This document shows positions 1-12,300 of a DNA stretch of 64,000 bases, in pieces. Both the position numbers and the translations under genes were made by a program. The notes below the pieces were generated by a model, which had not been told where the DNA came from, made no database searches, and was given only the letters and a program-made list of their open reading frames with translations. Positions within the stretch are counted from its first letter, which is position 1. Each line of letters opens with the position of its first letter. This stretch comes from Gonapodya sp. JEL0774 (lineage: Eukaryota): NCBI GenBank assembly GCA_027604505.1, contig JADIIX010000021.1:124001-188000 (forward strand), read 5' to 3'.

Positions 1-45
1 CGGTCTTTGCCCTGCGGTGGATTTCAAAATCACCTGACCTTTAAG

Positions 46-711
46 GATCGGGCAAGTCCACCCTTCTGTCCCTCATCACAGGTGACAACCCGCAGTCCTA
101 TTCGAACCGCATCTCCCTCTTCGGCCAGCCCAGGGGTTCAGGGGAATCCATATGGGAGATCAAGAGCCGTCTCGGCCTCGTCTCCCCCGAAGTCCACTTT
201 TACTTCCACGAGCCCATCGTCGCAGAACGTGTTGTGGCCATGGGGCTTCCGGCAGGTGTGGACAAGGAGGAAGGCCAGAAAAGGGTGACCAAGTTGATGG
301 AGGAGTTTGGACAACAGGCGGTGGTGGGGAGGAGGTGGGACGAGCTCAGTGTTGGGGAGCAGAGGCTGCTGCTCATTATGCGATCGCTCGTAAGTAAGAT
401 TTTCGCCCTTTATTCGAAATATGTGGCCGGGCGCCGCGCGTTCTCGCTACTGGTTCACCCCTTCTTCGTGTTGCAAATACGGGCGATCTGTTCTTACCCA
501 CCTGCAGGTGTCCAACCCGGAACTCCTCATATGGGACGAACCCTTCCAAGGTCTCGACCCCACCCTCGTGTCGCAAATCAACTCGTGGATTGAGAGTCAT
601 CTCCGACCCGACCAGACGCTCATCTTTGTGACACACAGTGAAGACGAACTACCAGCCGTAGTGGACAGGAAGTTGAGACTGGATGAGGGTGCCGTCGTCG
701 AGGTGGTGTGA
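46..711 (+). CDS. ModF-like ABC ATPase, C-terminal nucleotide-binding domain (5'-truncated by window edge)
   Basis: Exon 46-389 reads GSGKSTLLSLITGDNPQSYSNRISLFGQPRGSGESIWEIK...LSVGEQRLLLIMRSL. After intron 390-507, exon 508-711 reads VSNPELLIWDEPFQGLD...IFVTH. Walker A, signature, Walker B and H-loop are present, and the ITGDxPQxY...FG..RGSGExIWxIK segment is typical of ModF. Confidence 0.85.
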
Positions 712-866
712 TTATGAGGAGGAGTCAATACGTACATGGTGACGTCTATAAGTTAATATCTATGCAATGGTGCCAAAACCAATCGAAAAAAACAATGTAC
801 AGTGTACACTCAGTTGCCCAGTGCCCAGTTTTCTTTATTCCGAAACGTCCTCGAATGGTAGGTGTT

Positions 867-2569
867 TTAACATCCTCCCGCCCAGTCCCCTCCGGTCCCC
901 CACCACGCTCCGCCCAATACCAGGACAGACACCAACATTCCCCCGACGATGGATACCGCACCATACGTGTAAGCTCTCCGCAATGCGATTCGGCGGACCC
1001 CGTCGGAAGAGCCGGGCGGTGAGTGAGCAATGGTAGAGAGCTCTAGGCAGAAGGTGGAAATGGTGGTAAGGCAACCTGGACAAAACACGAATCAAACGGG
1101 TTGCAGGGTTGCAGATCAGCAAGGCATGACCGAAGGCCACCAGGCGCTGCTCAACATCGACACAAATGTTACACCAACCACAAAACCCGTCCCCCACAGC
1201 CGCGACCAGACCACACCCCCACTCATTCCCTCGCAACACGCCCGACATTCTCACAGCCGTTACGGCACAGAGCACAGCGGTGCCGAGCATGTTGGCGGCA
1301 AAGGTACCCAGAGGGAAGTGCGGACGCCGGGGATTGAGCGATGAGAGGCGCATACGAAGGATGGTTCCTGGTATGAGGGACCGAGTGAACAACTCGCGGA
1401 ATCGTAATTCTCAATCCTTCCGAGACTCAACAAACCTGCAGGACCCATCAGCATAGCCAGCCCCGTCGCTCTGGCACCCGATGCTCCCGCACCCACGATT
1501 CCCGCCGCAACGACGAGCGCCACAACAGCCAACACGAGGTTCACCGCATCCCACGCACGATGCGGTCGCGCAAAGAGGCGCCAAGGATCGTACCCCTCCG
1601 GAACGAGCAAAATCTGGCGGGCGGCGAGTCGAGGAGGGGGTGGAGGTTGGTGCGGGGATGTAAGTGGGGTGGAAGAAGAGGATGAGTCCAAGAGGAGGTG
1701 GGGCATTCCGTGTAGGTTGCCGTTGGATTCTGGTTTCTGTTTGAGATTTCTTCTTGTGCTCTGCCAGAGGAGCATCGGATGCCATGTGTCCGGGTCTGTC
1801 AGGGGCACCAAGTCGATGAGATGGCGACCGATGAGCAAACCCGAGAGGGAGGTGGTGAGGCCGAACAACAGAATGCACGTGCCGGCGAGAAACTGATGGT
1901 GAGGGTGGAAAAGTCGTCGTTGGAGCGAGTCAACCATTAAACAGATCGAATGCAATTGATTGCACGTCACGTTTCCCTGGCGTAAACAAGAAAGAGCCTC
2001 ACGTTATGTCCACCCCCCGGCGCGCCTTCGAGTCCGAAGTAGACCCTCGCTGCCGCGACGATCCAGCTCGAAAACGTGGTTATGGACCCGCACAGTCCCG
2101 TTGTCCACCAGGTGAACGCCGGGAAGTACGTCGCCTGCCACGAGTCTCGTCGGAGAGCGGCCCAGCCCATGATGAGGCATCCGACAAAGTTGGGGTACGC
2201 GACGGAGAAGATGGGTTGGTCCGGGTAGGTGTGGAGCGAGATGAGGCCGAGGCGAACGACAACGCCGAGGATGGAGGAGGAGATGAGGGAGGCGAGGATG
2301 GAGAGTTGGTTTTGGGGGACGCGGAGGATGTTAAACGTGTCGTCTGTGGACGGTTGTGCCGAGAGTGCGTGGTCTGCGGGAGGTGGGAGCGGGGATGGGG
2401 ACGGTTGCGGAGGTGAGGCCTCGTGGTCTGAAGGGTCCAACGGGAGGATGGCGATCGCAGTCACGGCTGAAGTGCGCGTAATCGAAGAACGGCGATTTGA
2501 GAGAGCGCGGTGGGCGTCGGGGGTGTGACGGGTGGTGGTGGCCGGTGGGGAGGCTTCCTGGGCGTCCAT
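867..2569 (-). CDS. FEX1: Fluoride exporter FEX (two CrcB/Fluc domains)
   Basis: Spliced exons ~2569-2003, 1892-1436, 1367-~1180 and ~1075-867. First Fluc domain YPNFVGCLIMG...TTGLCGSITTFSSW; second FPLGTFAANMLGT...DGFCG|CLTTISTFCLE. Confidence 0.9.
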
Positions 2570-3771
2570 GGAAGCGAACACATGGGTCAGCCGAGATACA
2601 GAGATAATGGACAGAGAGGAGAGAAGGGGAACGAACGAGCGGAGACGAGACCATAGACAGAAAGGGCAGTCCCGCACGGACCCAAGACGACTCGAAAGCT
2701 CTTGATGCAACCAGGTCCTAGTGACTCGTACCCCTAACTCTCCCACCCGAACCAAGTTGTGGGACAAATATTCCAACGAGCCTCCTAGCCAATTCTTGCT
2801 GAAAGCTCATGGAGCACGAAGTTTTGGATTGAAAACGACGTCGACTGGAGGTGGACCGTGAAACCCCGACGATGCTCCTGGGGGTCCAGTTCAGTCCCCT
2901 CGACACTCTAAACTGATCAAACTAAAATATCCACATATCCATGCCTCCACGCAGAGAATATCTGCAGGTAGCTCTACTGGACACGAGTCTGCCATGACGT
3001 GGTTTTCATTGTCTTGGGAGCATTGCTCAAGTCGGTTCGAGAGCTACGCCCCATCCCACTCGGCGGATCCATCTGGACTTTCTGAGTCGAAAGCGTCTAC
3101 GCATGTGTACGCGTAGTCCATTCACGAACTTTTGTATGTGACCAGACCCCAAGCTCCCAGCGGTTGATTGATAGCTTCATTCAACATCCCCCCATCAACC
3201 ACAAGTTCCTGGACTGGCTGCCGGCATCATCCGTAGATTTCTCACTCAAATTCCCTCGCATCATCGATCATTATTGGTAAAATCGCCCCGAGATCCATTC
3301 TATGTCTTTGTCGGAGTTCCTCCCACCGGATTCTCCATAAGTCTTGGCGCTCCAACTACCGACCTTGACGTCACCCAAACCGCCATGTTCGGGCGGATCG
3401 GCCACCACGACTACCGCGACCGCGCCGGTAGGAAAAGTTTGCAGTGCGGGTTGGGCCGGGACGGCCATTGGGGTTGACGTGGTGGATGAGAATGTAGCCA
3501 CTGTGGGCTGCCCAGCAGGATCAACCGTGCACACAAAGAATCTTGCACACGCGTCCAACCCAAGCAACCCCACGCAGTCTCTCCACACATCGCCAATGGC
3601 TCAAACCCCCGCCCCCGTCGCGACATCAACTGCCAGAAGTCCGCGCATCATCCGCGACAGCGATTCCCCCGCGGCCACCCAACCCGCCACCGCCCAATCG
3701 ATCTTCCTCAACAACCACTCCCTCGACCCCCGCAAGGAACATCCTTATCGACATCCCCACCTCTTTCTGCA

Positions 3772-5374
3772 ATGGAAATCGTTGCTTGCAAATCCATCCG
3801 TCCATCCACATCGGAAAAACCTCCTTTCAGAGTGGGCAAGGTGCCACCCCCGCAACCACCTCCTCCCCTCTCCGCTCCATATGCTACTCGATCCAAAATC
3901 AACATTTCACCATCCATCAGTGCGTCTCCGTCATCCCGGTCTCATGACGCAACGGTGAGTCGTCAGACTGGCTGCTCCTCCCGTCACCTATTACCCCCAT
4001 CTTCAATGGAATCAATCCTGCTCTCTTCAGATTCGTAGGAAGGATAATTTGTCACAAGCGAATGTTTCGTTGAAGCCAGGTCAGGCACGTCCAGTCGCAA
4101 CATCTCGCAAACGACCCCCCTCCATCCCCTCTGCCAACGAAACCGATAGTAGCGTGAAGCGTTCTTGGCGCAACCGAGTGTCTCCAAGCTGCCCGCCTGG
4201 TACTAAGGTGAGCTACTATGGGCCGTTTGAAATGGACGGTCGCGGATGGTGACACGGGAACAAACAGCCCGCTGCAAAACAGCGCACACTCTCCCCACGC
4301 GAAGGCGGGTCACTCGGTGCGCCAAAATCCCGGAAGAGCTTCACAGACCTTCCTCCAGAACTCCTTTGCGAAATATTTGGACACATCACGTCGGTAGAAT
4401 GGTTCAGGGTGTATCGTCACGTGTGTCGCTCATGGTTCTACACCATCATGGACGTGATCAATCCAGAGGGGCGACTTCCTGTAGCTGTAGGAGTCAACAT
4501 TGTGAACGGTTTGGGTCGCCCACCGCGCGAGGAAGAAGACCTCATGCAGCCTGGATTCAACGTCATTACTCCGCGACACCATCTCTACACGCCTTACGGT
4601 GCTCTAGTTCCAAGGGACTGGTACGGCTGCGAGGTCGCCACGTATGCGAAAACTTTACCTGGCGACTACGGATCCTCCTGCCAACACCTCTCTAAGATCG
4701 ACCCAAGGGAATTTGCACGGCGCTCGCCTGGCGCTCTGCATCTCACCGACCCGTTAACAGACATATTGTCTGCTCCACTGTATAGGAAACCCTACGAGAC
4801 CCTTCTCCTGGAGAACAAAGCCGTTGCGCGGAAGTTGCATGGTGATCCGAATTGGCCCTGGAATAGAGGTCGTGACGTTCGTGTTGGACTCTTGACAAGC
4901 GTGAGCATGTACTACAAGCAACCGAGTCTGGGGGAAGTTGCAGTATGGACAGTTGCAGATATTGAGGAGTTGGCGTGCCGTGCAGTTGAGAGGCAGCTCA
5001 GACGACCCATTCTTTGCAGATTTGGCAGCATAGAGACGCCAGATTGGAAGGCTCCAGAGATGCTGCTTGACATCGCGTTCTACACGAATGCTAGTGGGAT
5101 AGGACATGCCCATCGTAGTGACTTTCTGACTGAACATGGGTGGCAGGTGAAATGGTCGTTGATTGATGAGGGTATCACAGAGAAAATGTGGCGAGCACAC
5201 AAAGTTCAATGCTTTCGTAATGAATCTCCCTAGGAAATACATCTTCTTAAAGTGCCTTGGTCTGGTGGTCTGTGCGTACATGCTTGGGTCATCATGGGGA
5301 TCCATCCCATCTTTCTTGGAATTTCTACAATTCGTCAGCCGAGACATGACGTCTCGCGGTGGCTCCGGCAAGAG
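3772..5374 (+). CDS. F-box domain protein (lineage-specific type); 3' end uncertain
   Basis: Phase-compatible introns 3955-4030 and 4208-4267 join the Pro/Ser-rich N-terminus to frame 4331: RKSFTDLPPELLCEIFGHITSVEWFRVYRHVCRSWF (F-box consensus LP.ELL.EIF.......L..VCR.W), continuing into ORF 4409-5233. Confidence 0.65.
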
Positions 5375-5413
5375 GTAAGCCTCATGCGCTTTTAGGCTGG
5401 TAGATCGACTTCG

Positions 5414-6890
5414 ATGGACGGCCCAATCGCCTCCAGTTGTCTTGTTTGCCTCCTGTGGCCACTTCCCGCTTCCGGCTGCGCTGGCAGCTTTGACATCGGC
5501 AAGCACGAGGGAAAGATTCTTAAGCTTATAAAAGCGGATGGCATTGTGTCCTTCAAGGCGTTGGCGGAGATGTGTCCGGAACTATCCTGGGCCAGGAAAC
5601 CAGAAGTTCGCCAGGCAGGCTTTAGATGAGTTCGTGGTGGATTTGATCAAGGATCGGAGATTTCCGTATGATTCGGACCAAGAGAAGGACTTGCTTGCCA
5701 AAAAGCTTCTGAGGACCATGTTCAAAGGTGGTCACTACGACAATGCTGACCTTGCCTACCACCACCCGTGAGGGTATCATGTGCTCCATTGGTGTTCATA
5801 AATAAACGAAGTTTTACAGGTTCTTCTGTCCTATAGGTCCAAGATGAATGTTCTCATGGACCCTTGGGAGTTTGATCCACGAAGGAGAAACACACAACTC
5901 CAGGGATACTTTCGTGACGTCTTCAAAACTGTTCCACTTCGGAAATCGCTACAAGTCCATCACGAAAAACTCGTGCGGTTCGCACTGACTCAACTGCAGC
6001 AAGGCGTGACACATCATGGGGTCAGAGGGACTGACATTGGATACACCAGCGAGGCGGAATTTGCATCGAAATGGGAAGCTGAGCTACACCCCTTGCAAAC
6101 GATTGTGATTTTGTGGTACGTTGTGAGACAAAACATGAGCGTTTCTAAATATGGCGCATTCTCAACACGCCAAATATAGGTGGAGCCTTGTCCCACTGCT
6201 TAATGCTTTCAAAGGCTGAGCCTTCAAAAGTGAAGAAACCACTACCATGTTCACCAGTCTCTTTTTAGAACTCCTTACAAAGCAGATGCCTTGGAAAAAC
6301 CTGTATCAAAACCAAAAGCCACCAAGGGGGAACAAGGATGACCAGCCCGATGAGACGTGGACAGCAAGCTCACGTAGTGTGCTTGAATTTGAGGCGACGA
6401 GTCCCAACAATGTTCTCTTTCCAATGGACGTGATGAAAGGCACTGCAGCTGCGCGCACTCTGTAAAAGGAAGGAGGAAGGCGATTTGCACAAGGAAGGAT
6501 GGAGAAGAGCAGATTGAATCGCTACTGGCACTTGGCAAAAGGCCCGTTCTCTTCGTGTATTCAAGCGTAGGGCCTTACAGAGTGAGTGGCGTGGCTGTCA
6601 CCATGCCCATCTGCGATCCTTGTACCATCCCTACCAAGTGTAATGCTCCTGTGGAAGAGGTGGTTGGGTTTGTCACGTATGTCTCTGCACTCTGCGAGCG
6701 GGCCCATATATCGGGTGAATTGTTCGTAATGACAATGGAGAATATGCTGATGGCCAATGCATTGGAGAAAAAGGACATCAAAGGAAAGGGCAAGGCTGTA
6801 CAGAGAGAGTCATTGACGATAGATGGTTCTGGAGCGTTTTCTGCAGCTGGCCCTGCGCCCGCGGAGTTCGATGGACCTGGGACACCAAGG
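5414..6890 (+). pseudogene. Decayed coding sequence of unknown family (may be the 3' part of the upstream F-box gene)
   Basis: Protein-like ORF pieces (5414, 5538, 5844, 6247, 6555) with clean introns (5768-5837, donor near 6116). Joining them needs frame changes: a CAGG duplication at 5612-5619, a shift near 6215-6222, and TAA at 6463-6465. Confidence 0.45.
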
Positions 6891-7447
6891 TACGTGGGCT
6901 CAGAGTCCCATCAATTTCAGTCACGTAACCTCTCACCTCCTGGAAAACTCAAACTTAAGTGCAAGAGTTCCCATTACTCCAGCAAGTGACAAGTGAGTGA
7001 CATCAATGATTGTTGATGTTTCTGCTGTCTTTGTTCAATGTCATGTATGTACTTACAGCAGCACTCCAAAGACCCCACCATGGTATGATGTTTCTGGTTG
7101 TTGTCCTTGAGGTGTTGATGATATGTATGTTTTTTGCTTGACAGGTCAACTCCACCCAAGATTCCAGTACGCGTGACAGAAACCTCCAAAATGAGAGCTT
7201 CAAGATGGGACACAAAAGCAAATGGTTCATCGTCCACCGCTCCTCCAGTGAAGAAGACCGCCCATCGCACTGCAAAATCAGCGTAACAATCATGCCGGAT
7301 ATATATTGGAGAGATGGCAGGCGGCGACAAGGAAAAGACGTGATCCTAGTTATTTTGGAGCCAAAAGCACATAGGTAATAAGTAGTGTGTACAGTAATAA
7401 AAGTACAGTGTATGTAGTAAAAAGACTGAATAATAGAGAAGCAGCTC

Positions 7448-7910
7448 ATGAAAAAACTGGATCTGGGATGGATCGCATTTCTAATCACGTTGAAGTGGAG
7501 CATGGAGAAGGGAAAGAAGGAGCCGGCAAATCACGCTGGAGATTGCCCAGGGTTTGCTCACTGGGAGTGCCATTGCCATCCAAATGGGCACGGGATCAGG
7601 CATCATCCTTGTTGACGTCGACGATGTGGAAGGGTGGCAGAAGATCCTGGCGGAAAAGGGTGAGATGGCACGTGACACAGTGACTGCGCGATCGCAATGT
7701 GGTGGTATTCACCACTACTTCAAATTTACAAATGAGGATGCGGACCTCAAGTCCACGTCCGCATTGCTTCGCAGGTGCGTCGACGTGCGCAAAAAGGGCG
7801 GAATGATCATTGTGCCGCCAAGCACGTTCCAAGTTCCTGGAGAGCCTGCACAACACGAGTATACGTGGGTTCCTTTTTTAGCACTTGTCTGGGAATATCA
7901 ATGTGACTAA
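7448..7910 (+). pseudogene. Prim-Pol (bifunctional DNA primase/polymerase, AEP superfamily) fragment, frameshifted and truncated
   Basis: Frame at 7448 reads MKKLDLGWIAFLITLKWSMEKGKKEP. After a shift near 7521 it reads RQITLEIAQGLLTGSAIAIQMGTGSGIILVDVDD...TVTARSQCGGIHHYF...VDVRKKGGMIIVPPS. This gives Prim-Pol motifs hhhDhD, T.sGG.H.YF and hDhR..GG.hh.PPS. Confidence 0.75.
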
Positions 7911-8172
7911 GCTTGGGGAATCATTCCTGCATGCTGAAGTAGTATTTAGTGGCACGATTTCACCTCCTTCAGTGACACAGAGTGGGAACACTAACAATAC
8001 AAAGAACCGCCAAACTCTGCAGATTTGCAGTGGAGCAACTGTCACAATTAACTATGTATGCTAGTAATGAAACTAATGAGCCTGTTTTGTGGAGAGTTCC
8101 AACGTCTGCACACTAATTACAAACAAGCATTAAATTGAGAAGAAACTAACGCGCACTATACACTAGTGGTCC

Positions 8173-9630
8173 TCAAAATTTGGCCCCAATGGCAGGGTCG
8201 CGGCTTATGATTCTCCCATTTGCAACAGTAACACTACCATGCCCGTTCCAACCCTGGTATACCCTTGGCCAGCTTTGCAGTTGGAGCGCAATTTCTGTCC
8301 ACCTCAAAACCAGCACTTCAACCTTTAAATCACGATTGACAGCAGCAAGAAGCAGTGTCAGGAAGCTGCCAAATGCTGGCAACAGAATGTCTGGTGTCGT
8401 TTGGGCTTGAATGCTGAACATCAGATGGCCGAGGTTTGGAAAGAGGAAAGAAAGAGTGGTCAAAAACTCGGTGACTTCACTTGGGGAGCAGTGGGGTGTT
8501 GCAACTTGACTGGCATCGCTGGGGAGTGTGAATTGTACCTTTCGGATACTGGTGAGAGATGGTGTAGAATGAGCGGTGGCAACTCGAAGAAACAAACAGC
8601 CATGTTCAGATTTGCCCAAAAGGTTGAGCTCAAAAACACCGAGCTCTTCTAGATTGGGATACACAGCTGTTGCTTGAAGCAATTCCAGATTGTGCCTGTC
8701 ACTGCTGACGTTGAGTGTTTGCACAAGGAGTGTCTTCACCAGTCTACGACGCTTTTCTGGGATATTGGTTATCAACTGAGGCCGTGCTATCATGCTAAAG
8801 CCTTCTGCCAATATTGGATAAAAGTCTGACCCACTGAGACTAGCGGCATTTGGAAACAGCTCAAGCATTCGGGGAACATCTGAAACCGTACTTCCATCAG
8901 CTCGGAATTGCTGGGCGGCACCAGGAACAATTAGAGCCACAACAGAGTCTAAAACCAGACCCTTCGGTAGCACTGGAAGGAGTTGACCAGAATCGTGTCT
9001 TAGTCCCCCAAGGCCGAAATGACGGACGCAGCCGATTTCCTGCATAGACACTACAAAATGTCGGAACATTTCTCCAAACGCTTCCCATCGTCCCATGTGC
9101 GAAGGGGGGATGAAGGGAGTGACAGAGAATGTCCTGTTGAAATGTGTAACAACCGCACTATCGATGGCCACCTTTACGCGCTGCCTTCGATTTCGCAAAG
9201 CATTTCGGGCGATAGGTTTGATGTTGAGAGTCTCGATTGTGATGTCCCGGAGCCAGTCAATTCGAAAATCGGGCATCGTGTTCCGCGAATTCGCTGAGCA
9301 AATCATATTTGAACGAAGTGAAGCCCAAACGATCCCGTGAGGTCCATGAATTTGCCGAAATGCTTCCAAAATGCCAGTCGTAGTTTTAGTCGTATTCGAA
9401 CTTCCATTGCCAAACGCAATGACATAAGCGACGGCGAGCTGATCCCCGGCGCAGCCTGGTACAGCATCCAGAGAAGCCGCTTGGAAATAATGCGACAGAC
9501 GCGGGATAGTGCCGTAGAATGTTTTCGGAGGAAGAAAACGGAATATGTGTTGGAGTGTTTCAAGCGGAATCGACGTAATGGTTGGAGACGGCGGTGATGT
9601 CGGCATTAGGGGGCCCGCAGGTTCCGTCAT
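8173..9630 (-). CDS. Intronless F-box protein with possible degenerate LRR-like C-terminus
   Basis: 485-aa ORF from ATG 9630. N-terminal ITSIPLETLQHIFRFLPPKTFYGTIPRLSHYF is F-box-like; LFPNAASL, VYPNLEEL and LFPNLGHL recur downstream. Confidence 0.7.
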   Translation of the reverse strand: MTEPAGPLMPTSPPSPTITSIPLETLQHIFRFLPPKTFYGTIPRLSHYFQAASLDAVPGCAGDQLAVAYVIAFGNGSSNTTKTTTGILEAFRQIHGPHGIVWASLRSNMICSANSRNTMPDFRIDWLRDITIETLNIKPIARNALRNRRQRVKVAIDSAVVTHFNRTFSVTPFIPPSHMGRWEAFGEMFRHFVVSMQEIGCVRHFGLGGLRHDSGQLLPVLPKGLVLDSVVALIVPGAAQQFRADGSTVSDVPRMLELFPNAASLSGSDFYPILAEGFSMIARPQLITNIPEKRRRLVKTLLVQTLNVSSDRHNLELLQATAVYPNLEELGVFELNLLGKSEHGCLFLRVATAHSTPSLTSIRKVQFTLPSDASQVATPHCSPSEVTEFLTTLSFLFPNLGHLMFSIQAQTTPDILLPAFGSFLTLLLAAVNRDLKVEVLVLRWTEIALQLQSWPRVYQGWNGHGSVTVANGRIISRDPAIGAKF

Positions 9631-11144
9631 TATGACTCGCTGCAAAGTATTTCACGTTGCCTTTTCGAATGCCGCTGGTCAAATTGAAATGATCGGCAAT
9701 AATATATTAGGACATCAGCTGAAGCCCGTCAGCTCCAATATTTTTGAATCTTTCCCCGAACACAATTCCCCCTTCTATCGCAACAAAACTTCATTGTCCA
9801 TCGCTTGGTCGTCGTACATCTTGTTGCTTGGTGCTATGGCTTCCCCTCCCCCCACCCACCCCTTCCTCCTCGCTTCCATCCATGGATGTCCTAGCCGTTG
9901 TGCGGAAATGTGACGCGTTGGCGGAAACAGGCGTCGTGATCATTAAATTATTATGGAACGTATCTCATGTGGTGATGGGTGATGGTGGACGGAGGTATAT
10001 GAATGATGGCGTTAGTCTATCATGTTGGTTGCCCATTCCGCTCTTCTTTTTCAACAAAAGTAATCTGACATTCCTATTTCTAAGACCTTGCTATCGTGAC
10101 TCTTCTTCTGCTGGTTCTCCCTTTCGCCTCCTGTTTGCATCGCATGTCCGAGCTCGCAACAACACTCCCAACTACCTTCTCACCGACGATTCAACCCTCT
10201 CATCAGTGCACGAAACACGTGGGATCTCTAGACGTACAGTGTCGCCAGGAAGCTCTTACAAGCGGCTTGGGTCGGGGTCAATGTTCCTTCGGCAAACATC
10301 GTTCAAAAGTTGATGCAATTGCATGGGAGGTCACAATATTGAATCAATCATTGCATGTCGTGTCCCTCCTCCCCTGCCAAGGCGCGTCTGTGTCTGATAC
10401 AGCTGGTGGATCGCTCGCATCTTCAGGAACTGTGATAAGGACACGAGTTGGTAGACAGAGCAAAACCAGAAGTGATACATGTACTTCACTAAATTTTTTT
10501 CTAGCAAGCGAGCCCGCTTCCTTGTACTCTTCCTAGTTGATCTCTTATTCCCCAGACAAACACCGCCGGAGGACGTGATCTCAGCAGGCGATGAGTGGCA
10601 CTATCGAGCTAAAAGTAACGGGATCAGTAAATAGATGCTGATACATTTTGAATTTAATAAACACTGCTTCAGGTTGGATATCTGGATGCACAAGTACATA
10701 GCCGAGGCTTCACGCACCCACAGCCCCCAACACATATTCCTTGTTGCTGCTTTTTCACCTGGGATTCGTCCCCGTAGAAACCTTGACGACAGGTGAGCAG
10801 CCGTCCCTCAAAGTGCCGATGGACAAGCGATGCCGGTTGATGAGCGAGGCCGCGCGGGATGGGATGGTCTTGTCGCCTGGAGCGACGTCACCTGCTGAGT
10901 TTCTGGGCGGGACACCGAACAGACGTTCTTGTACCCGATTGTCCTATCGACCATCACCTCTAACGTTTCTTGCTGCCTTTTACTCTCCCGCTCTTGGTTC
11001 GGGCTCCGTTCCGTCGGCTTGCCGTTGTCGACCGGAACAGTTCGACAAGCTCCAGTCGGACACTGCGCGCTGTTAAGCTCGTCCAAAACCACCCACACAC
11101 CGTCTCCGAGCAAATTTCCTCCCCCAATCCTCCCCCGTGTCGCA

Positions 11145-11687
11145 ATGTCGTCTTCTGGCTACGCTCCCCTGTCGACGGGCGACAACGGTCACCCCCCGCC
11201 CACCCCGCTGCCTTGGACGACCATCCTGCTCTCCCTGGGCATCCTCATCTCCGTCGCATTCCTCGCCCCATCTGCATACTCGTTGTCCGTAGGGTTCTCC
11301 TTCTCCCAAACGGTCGTGTGCGTCCTGTGCTTGGCTGCCCTCTTTCTCTCGTGTGGAGGCCTCTACACCTGGCTCCGTGGAGAGAACCCACATCACCGAG
11401 ACCTCGTCGCATCCTACCACAGCCACGTGTTCAACTGCCTGCTCGGACTCATTGTCCTCTTCAACGCGCTGTTGAACCCAGGTTCATTCTCGGGGATCAC
11501 ACAGCTCGTCCTCGGGTCCGTCATGGTCGTCCTGGGCATCCTCGGTGGGTACTACGTCTTCCGCTCCCGGGGCGGTGCCCCAGTCAACTGGGGGGTTCCG
11601 GCAGCGTCGTCTGGAATGGGAAGAGGGTTCAGCTCCATGGCACCACCAGAGCCAAAAGGGTACAGGCTCGACGGCGGGATGGCATGA
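11145..11687 (+). CDS. Small 4-TM membrane protein of unknown function
   Basis: Single-exon 180-aa ORF from ATG 11145 (MSSSGYAPL...) with four hydrophobic segments and GC3-rich codon use. Confidence 0.7.
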   Translation: MSSSGYAPLSTGDNGHPPPTPLPWTTILLSLGILISVAFLAPSAYSLSVGFSFSQTVVCVLCLAALFLSCGGLYTWLRGENPHHRDLVASYHSHVFNCLLGLIVLFNALLNPGSFSGITQLVLGSVMVVLGILGGYYVFRSRGGAPVNWGVPAASSGMGRGFSSMAPPEPKGYRLDGGMA

Positions 11688-12300
11688 TGTGAAAGCGAAA
11701 ACCGGGTTGATCAAGGGTCTCTTGAACAGCCTTTTGGACGATCGTGGAGTTACAATGCCTCTTGTGGTCTTGTCTTGGGAACTGGGCTGTGGGAGTTTGC
11801 GGTGTTTCAAAGCTTGAGTGATTGGGAGATGGGGTCGCGCCCTTGTCGTTTGTTTCAGTTTTAGTTGTTTTCTTGTGAGACTGGGGAGTCTCTTTCTCGC
11901 ATTTGAAGCGAATGTGAATATAAACTCGTCACTCATCAACTTGCTTGAGCGAGCTCGGTTCATCCACTGCAGTTGTATGCACTAAGTACGAAGTGCACTC
12001 GTACTTCTTCTGGTGACGGAAGGCAAATGAGAAGCACTTTTTTAATTCAGACTGAACAACAAACTGTCTCTTTTGAATCGCAAGCAAAGGTCTCAACACA
12101 GACTTGTTTCTTCCCGCATTTTCAGTACAAAGACTGAACGCAAAAATGCAGACACGTGACTCCCCGTTTCGTGCATGTTTCCGTCAATTCCTTTGTTCCG
12201 TTCATGTATAAATATTTTGGATCGGGCGGGCAATCGGTCTCGAGGTTCAACCGTCCGAAAGCCGTCTATCCCGATTCTGCCCAACCCCCATCACGCCCCG

